Shown: piece after piece, positions 24,703 through 33,706 of the stretch | Numbering within the stretch: position 1 is the first letter of the stretch | Layout: the number at the start of each line of letters is the position of its first letter | Made by a program: the position numbers and the translations under genes | Notes under the pieces: generated by a model | Databases searched by the model: none | What the model was told of the DNA's origin: nothing | Seen by the model: only the letters and a program-made list of their open reading frames with translations | DNA from: an uncultured bacterium | GTDB lineage: Bacteria; Babelota; Babeliae; Babelales; JABCYS01 | Direction of reading: 5' to 3' | Assembly (NCBI GenBank): GCA_963705705.1 | Contig: CAVPKK010000006.1 | Location: 1-64,000, forward strand | Length of the DNA stretch: 64,000 bases

Positions 24703-25860
24703 ATGCTAAAACAAAAACAAATTATTCTCATTTTCTCATTCATCCTATTTAGTTGCTTACCGGCCGCAGCTACTTCGGATACCGGTATTGCAGTACCAAG
24801 CCAATCCCAGGCGCTTAGTCAGCGCACCGAGGCAGAGAAAGAAGCAATCAGAGAGAAAATTCGTCGTGAGCTTGTTTACCACGCTCACAATGATGAACTG
24901 AGTCTTCTTTCCGGCTTTTACGGTCATTGGGGTATTGGCGGAGTAAGTGACGCGCATAAGACAAAAGAATTTGCAACACGCGAGTTTTCTTTTGGCGAAG
25001 CAATAAGAACAAAAAGTGCTGCCTGTGTGAAAACATGGCTTGATAACGGCATGAACCCAAACCAAATAGTATCAACACCGGAAGCTGAGTACTGTAATCC
25101 GTGCGCTGATCTTATGCCAATACCGCCGCTTCATCTCGCAATCCTAAGAAGCCACAAGCAGGAAAAAAAGGCTTTACCAATCATCAAACTCTTATTAGCT
25201 CGCGGTGCGGATCCTAATGTTGAAGCCTTTGTGTCAGCCCGTCGTGAATGTAAGCTATCCGGCGATTATATGCCTCTCGAAATGGCAACGGCATTGCACA
25301 AAACATCGATCATAAAAATATTGCTCGAAGCAGGCGCAAATATTCATGGTCACAATACAAAGCGATGGTTAGATCTCTTTGATTATGCTTCGGCGATTCC
25401 GTTTGATGCACGAACCGGCAATACACACCTGTTGCCCTTGGATTCCCTACGCCTTTGGCACACTATGCGTACGATTTTGCATGCAGGGGCCGTTTTTCAC
25501 ACTAGTCGCATAACCAATCTGAGAAAGTTTTTTGACTATAACCAGCTGCAAAATGCATTAGAGCATTATGCATATTTGGGTGGCACTCCCAACAAGCGGG
25601 CGCAATGGCGGGTTTTGTTGCGGGCACCAGCGCTTGAGATCAATCCAACCATAAATTTAACGGCAGCAAACATTCGCCCTGCTTTGCAACAACCCATCGG
25701 AATACCTGACCTTATCAATATCGTAATACAATACGTAGGATATATTCATCCTGATATGGCGGCAGCCATCGAGGCAAAAGCTCGTGGTGAAGTTCCGGTA
25801 CTCCATTATGGCGAAGATGATGAGAAGGAGCTTGAGGTAATGGAAGAATATACATCATGA
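24703..25860 (+). CDS. Secreted ankyrin-repeat protein with a C-proximal F-box-like helix
   Basis: Signal peptide ending AAATS; PPLHLAI, IIKLLLARGADPN, IIKILLEAGAN; GIPDLINIVIQYV. Confidence 0.85.
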   Translation: MLKQKQIILIFSFILFSCLPAAATSDTGIAVPSQSQALSQRTEAEKEAIREKIRRELVYHAHNDELSLLSGFYGHWGIGGVSDAHKTKEFATREFSFGEAIRTKSAACVKTWLDNGMNPNQIVSTPEAEYCNPCADLMPIPPLHLAILRSHKQEKKALPIIKLLLARGADPNVEAFVSARRECKLSGDYMPLEMATALHKTSIIKILLEAGANIHGHNTKRWLDLFDYASAIPFDARTGNTHLLPLDSLRLWHTMRTILHAGAVFHTSRITNLRKFFDYNQLQNALEHYAYLGGTPNKRAQWRVLLRAPALEINPTINLTAANIRPALQQPIGIPDLINIVIQYVGYIHPDMAAAIEAKARGEVPVLHYGEDDEKELEVMEEYTS

Positions 25861-26454
25861 TTCTTTCCAATGGGCAATATACCCTTGTGACTTCGTTTGT
25901 AACAAATCGCATGACAATGTAAGAATTCTACGATCCTTTTCTTGTAAATCGACATTCAAATGAACGGCGTCCTGCGGCGCAGCCGTAATCCAAACTTCAG
26001 CCTGATATGGCGAACATTCAGCATGCGCTGATATTTTTGTGTTTGTCGCTACCAAATCACAAATTCGATTCCAGTCTTTCGCACATTCATTAATTGCACA
26101 ATGCATTATTTCTTCTGCGTGCTCATATTGTTTTTCTCGCTGTTTAATTAACTGAGCTATTTCTGCCGAACGGGCAAGGCGATAGCTCATCACGCTGCAT
26201 AGGCCGATGAGCGCGGTCGTACAAACTAATACAAGCCATAGGGCGGAGCCACTTGATTCGGCGCCGTTCGCATCTCTCTCATTCTGAGTCTCGTCGAAGG
26301 ACGGTAAATTTTGCTGATGTAAGATATTTTTTTTGCCTCTTATCAAGCAGTTTGACTTGAACGCGCTCATCCTGAGTTGATCGAAGGATAAAAGCGCGAA
26401 AATGAGTTTTGTTAAATTCCACAGGATGAGCGTTTTTTCTTTATACCGAGCCAT
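25855..26454 (-). CDS. PilX/GspK-like minor pilin with an extended N-terminus
   Basis: GSALWLVLVCTTALIGL (class III-like signal without E5); last of three co-oriented pilin-like genes; start overlaps the upstream stop. Confidence 0.55.
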   Translation of the reverse strand: MARYKEKTLILWNLTKLIFALLSFDQLRMSAFKSNCLIRGKKNILHQQNLPSFDETQNERDANGAESSGSALWLVLVCTTALIGLCSVMSYRLARSAEIAQLIKQREKQYEHAEEIMHCAINECAKDWNRICDLVATNTKISAHAECSPYQAEVWITAAPQDAVHLNVDLQEKDRRILTLSCDLLQTKSQGYIAHWKES

Positions 26455-26983
26455 TTTTCACCGCAATAATTCGTTGTATAGGTTCAGTTAGTTCAACCGA
26501 GCGCACGAAACTGTTCTTCATATTAAGTTGGCATGCAATCATTGGGCATGCAGCTAACTGCATTTTGTGAATAGTGCGAATCCATTTGTTTGCACTAAAT
26601 TCCCCGCGGATTCGGTACAATTTTTCATCAATTATTTCCCAACCAATCTGCTCATTATCATGATGCATAATTAATCTATTTTTATCGACTAACCAACCCG
26701 AAGGTGCCGGATTGGCTGCGCGGATATCTCGCGCAAGTAGTTGCATGGCATACATGATTTGGGTGGCAGACCGTTGCTTGACTAGGTCAGCAAGCATGGT
26801 GGAGGATATCGATTGGGTGAAGGAGGAGATCAAATAAATAAGGGTCAGCAGGCCGGCTAAATACGCGGTGCATTCGATGAGTGTAAAGCCATTTTTTAAA
26901 TTATCTGAACCGTCCGCGAATCGCCCTTTTCTCTTTAATGAACCTCTAAAAAAGAAACTCTTCTCGTTATTAATATCTACCAT
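26441..26983 (-). CDS. Prepilin-type (PilW/GspJ-like) protein
   Basis: KNGFTLIEC cleavage/methylation motif, hydrophobic helix, AMQLLARDIRAA; start uncertain. Confidence 0.7.
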   Translation of the reverse strand: MVDINNEKSFFFRGSLKRKGRFADGSDNLKNGFTLIECTAYLAGLLTLIYLISSFTQSISSTMLADLVKQRSATQIMYAMQLLARDIRAANPAPSGWLVDKNRLIMHHDNEQIGWEIIDEKLYRIRGEFSANKWIRTIHKMQLAACPMIACQLNMKNSFVRSVELTEPIQRIIAVKNGSV

Positions 26984-27023
26984 GAATGAAACACCATAAC
27001 TTTGCGTTATCAGAAGTATATTA

Positions 27024-27278
27024 TTAAACAAAATGCAATTGCCGCACTTTTTGTCTGCCAGGCTCCGATATCTCGTTTTTACCGTTTTTTCCTTGCAGCC
27101 TGTAACTATTCGCAGCCAGTTGTGCAGCCGGCCCATGGTTGCGACCATAGTGGTTTTGACCACTCATTGCCATAGCCCTATAATTAAGAATGACCGTAGC
27201 AATGCCTACGAAAATAAAGAGAGCGGTCATCAATTCGATGAGCAAGAACCCCCAGGGCTCGCCCTGGACCCGAGACAT
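27024..27278 (-). CDS. Small prepilin-type (PilV/GspI-like) protein
   Basis: GFLLIELMTALFIFVGIATVIL motif; start placed at MSRVQ. Confidence 0.65.
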   Translation of the reverse strand: MSRVQGEPWGFLLIELMTALFIFVGIATVILNYRAMAMSGQNHYGRNHGPAAQLAANSYRLQGKNGKNEISEPGRQKVRQLHFV

Positions 27279-27351
27279 TTTTTTGAATGATATTATTTCT
27301 ATACATGCGCTTTTGAGATAGCGTGTCCTACCATCCCTTAGAGGTAAAAAT

Positions 27352-29631
27352 ATGAAATTACGAAATTTATTCCTAATCACCCTAATCACCCTTCCATGGG
27401 CCTCAATTGCAAAAGAGGCCGAGCCTATGCAAGTCTCCGAACAAGAGATTGCCCAAATGTTTGGCGTCTCACCAGAAGAAGCTAAACAGATGGCTCAAAT
27501 GATGAGCGAATTTGATGCAGCAATCAAGAAGGATCCCGAACTGCAGAAAATGTTCAACGAACTCGAACAACAATTAGAGCAAGATATTGAACAAGGATTG
27601 AAAGAAGGCAAATCAATCGAAGATATCCTAGGCTTTGGCGCCGGCCCTCAAGAACCTGCAGAAAAACCAGTAGCCGCTGCACCTGCACCAACGACCGCCA
27701 CTCCCGAACAAAAAGTTGCTGAGCAGCCGAAAAAGATGTTACGCAATCGTGCCCAGGCGGAACAGATTGTTAAGGATTTACTCAATACCATCATCCAAAT
27801 TCAAACTAAAGCTGCCGCTGATCGCAAAGTATCTGAAGCTTTAGTGTCTCTACAACCACAATTGGAACTGATCGTTTATTATCTGCACGTGTTGAGTAAG
27901 CCAGTGCACATTGAGCAGCTAGTAACTGATCCAGAATTTACCCAATTGCATGACACTCTTAAACAACTACACGAAAAATTATCAGCCGAAGAACCGCTTT
28001 TTGTAACTGCAGAAATGGGTGAAAAGCTTGAAAAGCGCGCCAAAGAGCGTTCGAAAATCGCATTGCAAACAATTAAGCGTGATATCGAATTTGCGCTACG
28101 AAATCAGCAACTCATCCAACAGTTTGAAAAGCTGGTAAAAAAATATGAACCGCAGGCTTTGAAATTGCGCACCGAAGTTGAAGCTGTAGAGGCACGCGCA
28201 AAAAAAGAAGCTGAACAACGCAAACAAGCACGCCCGGTCGAAGCTCGTATTAAACGCGAAGAAGAATATGCGCGACAAGTACGCCAAGGCGCTGGCGGAC
28301 GATTTGAAGATTGGTATTACGGTGGTCGCCAAAATCAGCCAGAACGATATGGCGGCGGCGAAGGATATGGCCCTGAAGAAGGACACGCGGCCGAAGCTGG
28401 TAGTAAAAAAGCTGGTGCAAAAGAGGCTGCTGCTAAAGCAGCTGGCAAAGGCGAAGAGAAAGAAGAAAAAGAAAAAAAGAAAGAGGAAGAGAAAACCCGT
28501 TTCATACCAAGCGCAGAATCAAAGAAGGTTGCCAAGAAGATTGAAGAAATTGATGATATTTTTGGCCAAATAGATTTACTCCTCGATACAAAGTTTGCTG
28601 GCCGCCGATTACCACAAGAGCTACGTGCACCCACCGATGCCCATTTCAATACACTCAAAACCACTATTGCCGAAATTGCCATGGCCCTTGGCCGTGTGCT
28701 CAAACTAAAATTTGAAACCGATGCGCTACTCAGAAAGCTGGATGCCGGCGTACGTGGCACGTATGAACAGCAGCTCCGCACTGTCATCAGTCAGCGCCGC
28801 GCTAAAATACAAGAATTACATCAAGCTGCCTGCGCAGTGCCACAAGCACGGCAAGATCAATTTACTGGCAACTGCCCAGGAAATTGTCTTGAACATTTAA
28901 GGGAAAACATCGAAGCCTTATACGGTTTTGCACCATGCGCCGCTAAAGCCAAGGCCGCAAAGGCACAGGCTGCAGCCGCAGCCCAACCAGGAGCTCAGCC
29001 ACGCGTTCGCCAGCCACGAGCCGAAGGCGAGGAAGGTGAAGAAGTTGAAGAGGAAGCGCCACAACAGATGCCAAGCGTTGATGAACTATTAGCTGATCCA
29101 AACTTGCCACCACAATTACGTGAACAGCTGGAAAACTTGTCAGATGAACAGCGCGCAGAAGTAGAAGAAGAATTAGGTGGTGCTGGCAATCTGCAGGAAT
29201 GGATGAATTCACCAGCAGCAAAAGTTTTTCTTGCAGGCATTGGCGGGATTGCTCTCAAATTTATGTGGGATTGGTTCCAAGATTGGCGTGAAGGCAGGGC
29301 AGAAGCTCGCGCTGCTCAACAGCCAGCGCCTGCTCAAGGTCGACGACCGTCAGTTCAAGCGCAACCGAATCCGCCGCCATTCAATCCAGCATTCGCGCAA
29401 CCTCAGCCGCAAGGCCAACAGGCAGTGCCTCCGCAAGGGCAAGCACGCTTTGGTGCCCAGGCAACAGAACAAGAATTAGCGAATGCATTGGCCAATCGAC
29501 AACGACGCCAACCAGGTCAAATGGTTGTTGCTCCGGTGGGGCCTAATGTTCCACAGGCACCGCCTCTACAACCGCAACCCGTTGTTGCTCCTGTCGGACC
29601 TAATGTTCCGCAGGCGCCAGTTATACGGTGA
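27352..29631 (+). CDS. Large secreted coiled-coil protein with a C-proximal TM segment and Gln/Pro-rich tail
   Basis: 759-aa ORF, GAGG RBS, signal peptide, E/K/Q-rich helices, KVFLAGIGGIALKFMWDWF, duplicated VVAPVGPNVPQAP. Confidence 0.8.
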   Translation: MKLRNLFLITLITLPWASIAKEAEPMQVSEQEIAQMFGVSPEEAKQMAQMMSEFDAAIKKDPELQKMFNELEQQLEQDIEQGLKEGKSIEDILGFGAGPQEPAEKPVAAAPAPTTATPEQKVAEQPKKMLRNRAQAEQIVKDLLNTIIQIQTKAAADRKVSEALVSLQPQLELIVYYLHVLSKPVHIEQLVTDPEFTQLHDTLKQLHEKLSAEEPLFVTAEMGEKLEKRAKERSKIALQTIKRDIEFALRNQQLIQQFEKLVKKYEPQALKLRTEVEAVEARAKKEAEQRKQARPVEARIKREEEYARQVRQGAGGRFEDWYYGGRQNQPERYGGGEGYGPEEGHAAEAGSKKAGAKEAAAKAAGKGEEKEEKEKKKEEEKTRFIPSAESKKVAKKIEEIDDIFGQIDLLLDTKFAGRRLPQELRAPTDAHFNTLKTTIAEIAMALGRVLKLKFETDALLRKLDAGVRGTYEQQLRTVISQRRAKIQELHQAACAVPQARQDQFTGNCPGNCLEHLRENIEALYGFAPCAAKAKAAKAQAAAAAQPGAQPRVRQPRAEGEEGEEVEEEAPQQMPSVDELLADPNLPPQLREQLENLSDEQRAEVEEELGGAGNLQEWMNSPAAKVFLAGIGGIALKFMWDWFQDWREGRAEARAAQQPAPAQGRRPSVQAQPNPPPFNPAFAQPQPQGQQAVPPQGQARFGAQATEQELANALANRQRRQPGQMVVAPVGPNVPQAPPLQPQPVVAPVGPNVPQAPVIR

Positions 29632-30216
29632 TTATTTTTTATTAAGATCGCTTCGAATTTCGCGCAGTTCATAAAGTATATGCGACGGGAAGCTCAATAT
29701 TTTGTAGAGCACGGCCGCTGCGCTAATGACAGTCACTGTAAACAATGCCCATTTCGTTCCATCAAGCATAGTTTCGCGCCTATTTGCCTTTGGGCGAACT
29801 TTTGGCGCTATGCGCGTGGCGGTAGTGATAAGATCATCTTCTAAATCAAAATATGGTAAATCCGATTCAACCTTTTCTTCACGTACTGGCCCGGATGGCC
29901 AGGCAAATGCGTCTATTAATCTTCCTTCGTAAACATTTGATACGCCCGTAGGCTTTGCCTCATTTTGATCATGCGGCAACATTACTTTCTGGCCTTCTTC
30001 TGGCTTAGATTGCTCAACCAATTGGACAGTATTTGAAAGCACCATATCCGATTGGCGCCCCTCTGCCGTTGGCGGCTCGGGAGGTTTACTATTCGAAGAA
30101 GATTTGGGAAGTGGGGATTGGGTATAAAAGCAGGTGCACACACTTAATAATTCGTGAGCACATAACATCCCAATTATCAGAAGTTGTTTTTTATTAAAAC
30201 ACATGAACACCCTCAT
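29632..30216 (-). CDS. Hypothetical protein with an N-terminal signal and a C-terminal TM helix
   Basis: 194-aa ORF; WALFTVTVISAAAVLYKIL near the C-terminus. Confidence 0.6.
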   Translation of the reverse strand: MRVFMCFNKKQLLIIGMLCAHELLSVCTCFYTQSPLPKSSSNSKPPEPPTAEGRQSDMVLSNTVQLVEQSKPEEGQKVMLPHDQNEAKPTGVSNVYEGRLIDAFAWPSGPVREEKVESDLPYFDLEDDLITTATRIAPKVRPKANRRETMLDGTKWALFTVTVISAAAVLYKILSFPSHILYELREIRSDLNKK

Positions 30217-30302
30217 ATGTCGTCTTTTGCTTCATTACTAGTTTTTAGATCTTTTATACATTATTTGATTGCGCGCTACTATCCTTTTGCCCTCAACTCC
30301 AC

Positions 30303-33300
30303 CTATAAGGAACCCGAGCTTTGGGGAAATTGCTTCACAATCTTCTCGCATCGTGGATCCAATCCAAATTCATTTTCATTAACACTATATTGCCAGCAAC
30401 GCGGGCACTTCAGCCCCGGTGCATGTTCGACAGAAACGTATAATCCGGGAACGGCAGTTTCATTCAAACCATCTTTGGACGATGCAAGAATCACCTTGGA
30501 AACAATGAGCCATTCTTTAATGAATTCTTCCGCAGTCTGCTTAGCCGCATGTAATGCCCGCTCAAAACCAAACCATGGCGCCATCGTGTCATCCTGCTTA
30601 TCAATGAATAAAGTCACCTGCGCCTCAAGCGAATGTTTAATAACACCCTTCTCGCGCAAACCTTCAATTGCTTTCAATATTGCTGGCCGCATAGCTGCCA
30701 ACAAATTCCATTGATCAGCTTCGATGCCCGGAGGCAATGGCACATCGGCAAAATCCTGGAGGTGGATCGATGCTGGTTTATTTTTTTGGTAATGATCAGA
30801 AATTAATTCTGCCGTGAACGAAAGTACCGGCGCCATTAAGCGTGTAATGGTATCTAAGTGATACCAGCAAACTGTTTGTGCTGATCGCCGCGCATGGCCA
30901 TTTGCCTGGTCTACATACAATCGATCTTTGATGATATCGATATATACCGAACTTAACTGTGCGCAGAAACTACCAAGCTCATGGAAAATGGATGTAAGTT
31001 CATATTGATCATATGCTGCACGCACCCGTTCCGAAAATAAATGAAGCTCATGCAAGGCACGACGATCAAGTAATCTGAGATCAGCGATCGCTATCGCATC
31101 TTTTTCATGATCATAGTCGTAGAGGTTTGCCAATAAAAAGCGGCAGGTCTTTCGAATTTTACGATATACCTCTTTCACATTGGTCAGTAATGATTCTGAT
31201 ACTACTGCATCACCTTCCAGCGATATTGAAGAAGCCCACAGCCGTAAGCAGTCAGTGCCCATCTGTTTGACTAGTTCATCCAGGAGCTACCACATTGCCT
31301 AATGATTTAGACATTTTGCGGCCTTGCCCATCTACGGTAAAACCATGGGTGAGCACGCCGCGGAAGCATGCTTCGTTTTCAAGCACTAGGCTGGTAAGCA
31401 ATGAGCTTTGGAACCAAGCGCGATGTTGATCCACCCCTTCGACATACAAATCTGCGGGATAAACTGGCTTAAATTCACTATTGGAAGCGGGATCCAAATC
31501 CTGCTCAAGTGAGTTGCGAATTAGTTCAAATGTTGGTTTACCATCTTTATCAAATTCTACTTTTCTGCCTTGGCAAAGAACGGCGAAATGGCTGATGCCA
31601 GACTCAAACCACACGTCCAAGATATCGGTCTCTTTTACAAATTCGGTCGAACCACATTCAGTACAGGTAGGCGGCTTTTTCTTTGATATCAAATCATCAG
31701 CGGTCACCTTTTCCCAATAGGCAATGCCTTCTTTTTCGATACCCGCTGCAATTTTATCGATAAGCTCGGGCTCAATGAATGCGCTATCGCCATTTTTGCA
31801 GAGCAAAGCCGGAATCGGCACACCCCATACTCGTTGGCGCGACAAACACCATTCAAGCCGACTGCCAATAGTTGCGCGAAGGAAATTACCTGAACGTGAG
31901 GGGAAAAAGCTTACGGAATTTATTGCTTGGAGAGCACGATCTCTGAGATGGTGCTTTTCTAAATTGCAAAACCATTGTTGCGTAGCGCGGAATATAAGCG
32001 GCTTGCGGCAGCGCCAACAATGCGGATATGGGTGATTAATTTCGGTTTTATATAAAAGCCGTCCGCGGCGCGCCAACTCTTCAAGCACCCAGGTTTGGCC
32101 TTCGGTGATTTTCATATCGACCAATGCCGGCGGTTGAATGCCAGCCGTGTATCGACCATCGGGGCTCAATGGCGAGAAGATTTCTAGGCCATATTTTATG
32201 CCCATCTCATAATCTTCAGGGCCACAGCCAGGTGCCGAGTGCACACAGGCAGTTCCGTCTTCAAGCGATACAAATGGATCTGCGAGAACGGGGACGGTAA
32301 AATTATCGATAAACGGATGTTCTGCGCGCAAGCCAACCAACTGATCCGCTTGGATGGTCGCCATCACTTCTTTGGGCACGTTCATCTGGGCACAAAATTT
32401 GTCGGCCAGGCTTTCGCCGATGATTGTATAGTTGTTATCGATTTTCAGAACTGCATATTTCGCCGTTGGATTTAAGAATACTGCGCGGTTGAGCGGCAAT
32501 GTCCATGGTGTGGTGGTCCAGACTAGAAAGGATAATGGCTTGTGCTGTTGCGCTTCTTCTTCAGGCTGGCGCCGTTCAACTAAGGAGTGATCGTGCAGGC
32601 CATCCCATAATGTGCGGGCTAGATCTGGTAGCTTTTCAATCACCAGCTTAGGGTTGACCTGGAACAAAACATAGATCGATGGATCAATGCGCGGTTGATG
32701 CTCAATCTCGGCAGCTGCCAAAACCGTTTGATCAAACATACACCATGGCACCGTTTTGAGTTTGCGCTCGATATATCCTTTTTCAACAAACTGCCCAAAT
32801 GCTCGAACGATAGAAGCTTCGTAACCTGGATCCATCGTTTTATATGGGTGAGCGAAATTCATGAGCACACCAAGTTTTCTAAACTCGGCCGTTTGCACCT
32901 CGATCCATCCTTCGGCAAAATCACGGCATTTTTTTATCAGCTCAGTTCTGGTGACAGGCCCAGTTTTTTGTTTGCCAAGCTCTTGCGTTACCTTCTGCTC
33001 GATTGGCAGTCCGTGGCAGTCAAAACCAGGGATTACCGGCACATGATTTCCGCTCATCCGTTGAGATTTGCTGACGATATCTTTGATTGATTTATTGTAG
33101 GCATGGCCGAGGTGAATATGGCCGTTGGCATAGGGAGGACCGTCGTGGAGAATGAATGAACGTCCGGTTCCCCGATTTTTATCAAATGACTTTTGCTCTA
33201 AATTATCATGAGCCCAGCGCAACAATAGCCCTTCTTCCTCATCCTTAAACTTAGGATGAATTGGAAAGTCGGTCTGGTTGAGGTTCAATGTATGTCTAAA

Positions 33301-33333
33301 GCTAACTTTTTCTTTCTTTTCCTGCTCGGCCAT
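30303..33333 (-). CDS. ileS: Isoleucine--tRNA ligase, split by one extra base at ~31279
   Basis: DGPPYANGHIHLGH (HIGH), WTTTPWTLP, WCLSRQRVWG, KMSKSLGN, C-terminal KCPRCW; the halves rejoin as VVAP/DELVKQMGTDCLRLW if one G is removed. Confidence 0.95.
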
Positions 33334-33702
33334 ATCTAATACCTTTTTAACAATAGTGTGTGAGGCACTAAGATATCGGCTTTTGGCTCAGCCGGCTAGT
33401 TTAGCTTGAAAAAAAAGATGAAATAAATCATCTGATCTTTAATGAAGTTTAATTTTCTTATTAGGATGTGGCGGTGTATTTGTGAATGATAATTTATGTT
33501 TCGGTTTTTGAGTTATGCCTTCATGAAGCTCATCCAGTAGGTGTTTATTTTCTGGCTCAAATAACCAACGTTGTTCCATTTCGGTTTCTGCTGCATCAAT
33601 ACTTTCTTTCTTTTCCTGCTCGGCCATAATCTAATACCTTTTTAACAATAGTGTATGAGGCACTAAGATATCGGCTTTTGGCTCAGCCGGCTAGTTTAGC
33701 TT
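33309..33702. repeat. ~100-bp direct repeat of the ileS upstream region and first 8 codons
   Basis: 33309-33407 versus 33603-33702 differ by one substitution and one indel. Confidence 0.9.
33439..33627 (-). CDS. Small chimeric ORF beginning with the IleS N-terminus (MAEQEKKE)
   Basis: First 8 codons identical to ileS; the remainder (EQRWLFEPENKHLLDELHEGI) is unrelated. Confidence 0.5.
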   Translation of the reverse strand: MAEQEKKESIDAAETEMEQRWLFEPENKHLLDELHEGITQKPKHKLSFTNTPPHPNKKIKLH

Positions 33703-33706
33703 TAAA

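Noticed and set aside
31276..31278. TGA reassignment (genetic code 4/25) or selenocysteine in ileS
   Set aside because: The downstream half is in a different frame, so readthrough would not restore it, and TGA is a normal stop elsewhere (e.g. 25860, 29631, 60747, 63616).
31460..32640. Inteins in ileS (extra segments LWDGLHDHSLVERRQPEEEAQQ and GRKVEFDKDGKPTFELIRNSLEQDLD)
   Set aside because: They are only ~20-35 aa and lack intein terminal residues (C/S...HN); probably lineage-specific loop insertions.
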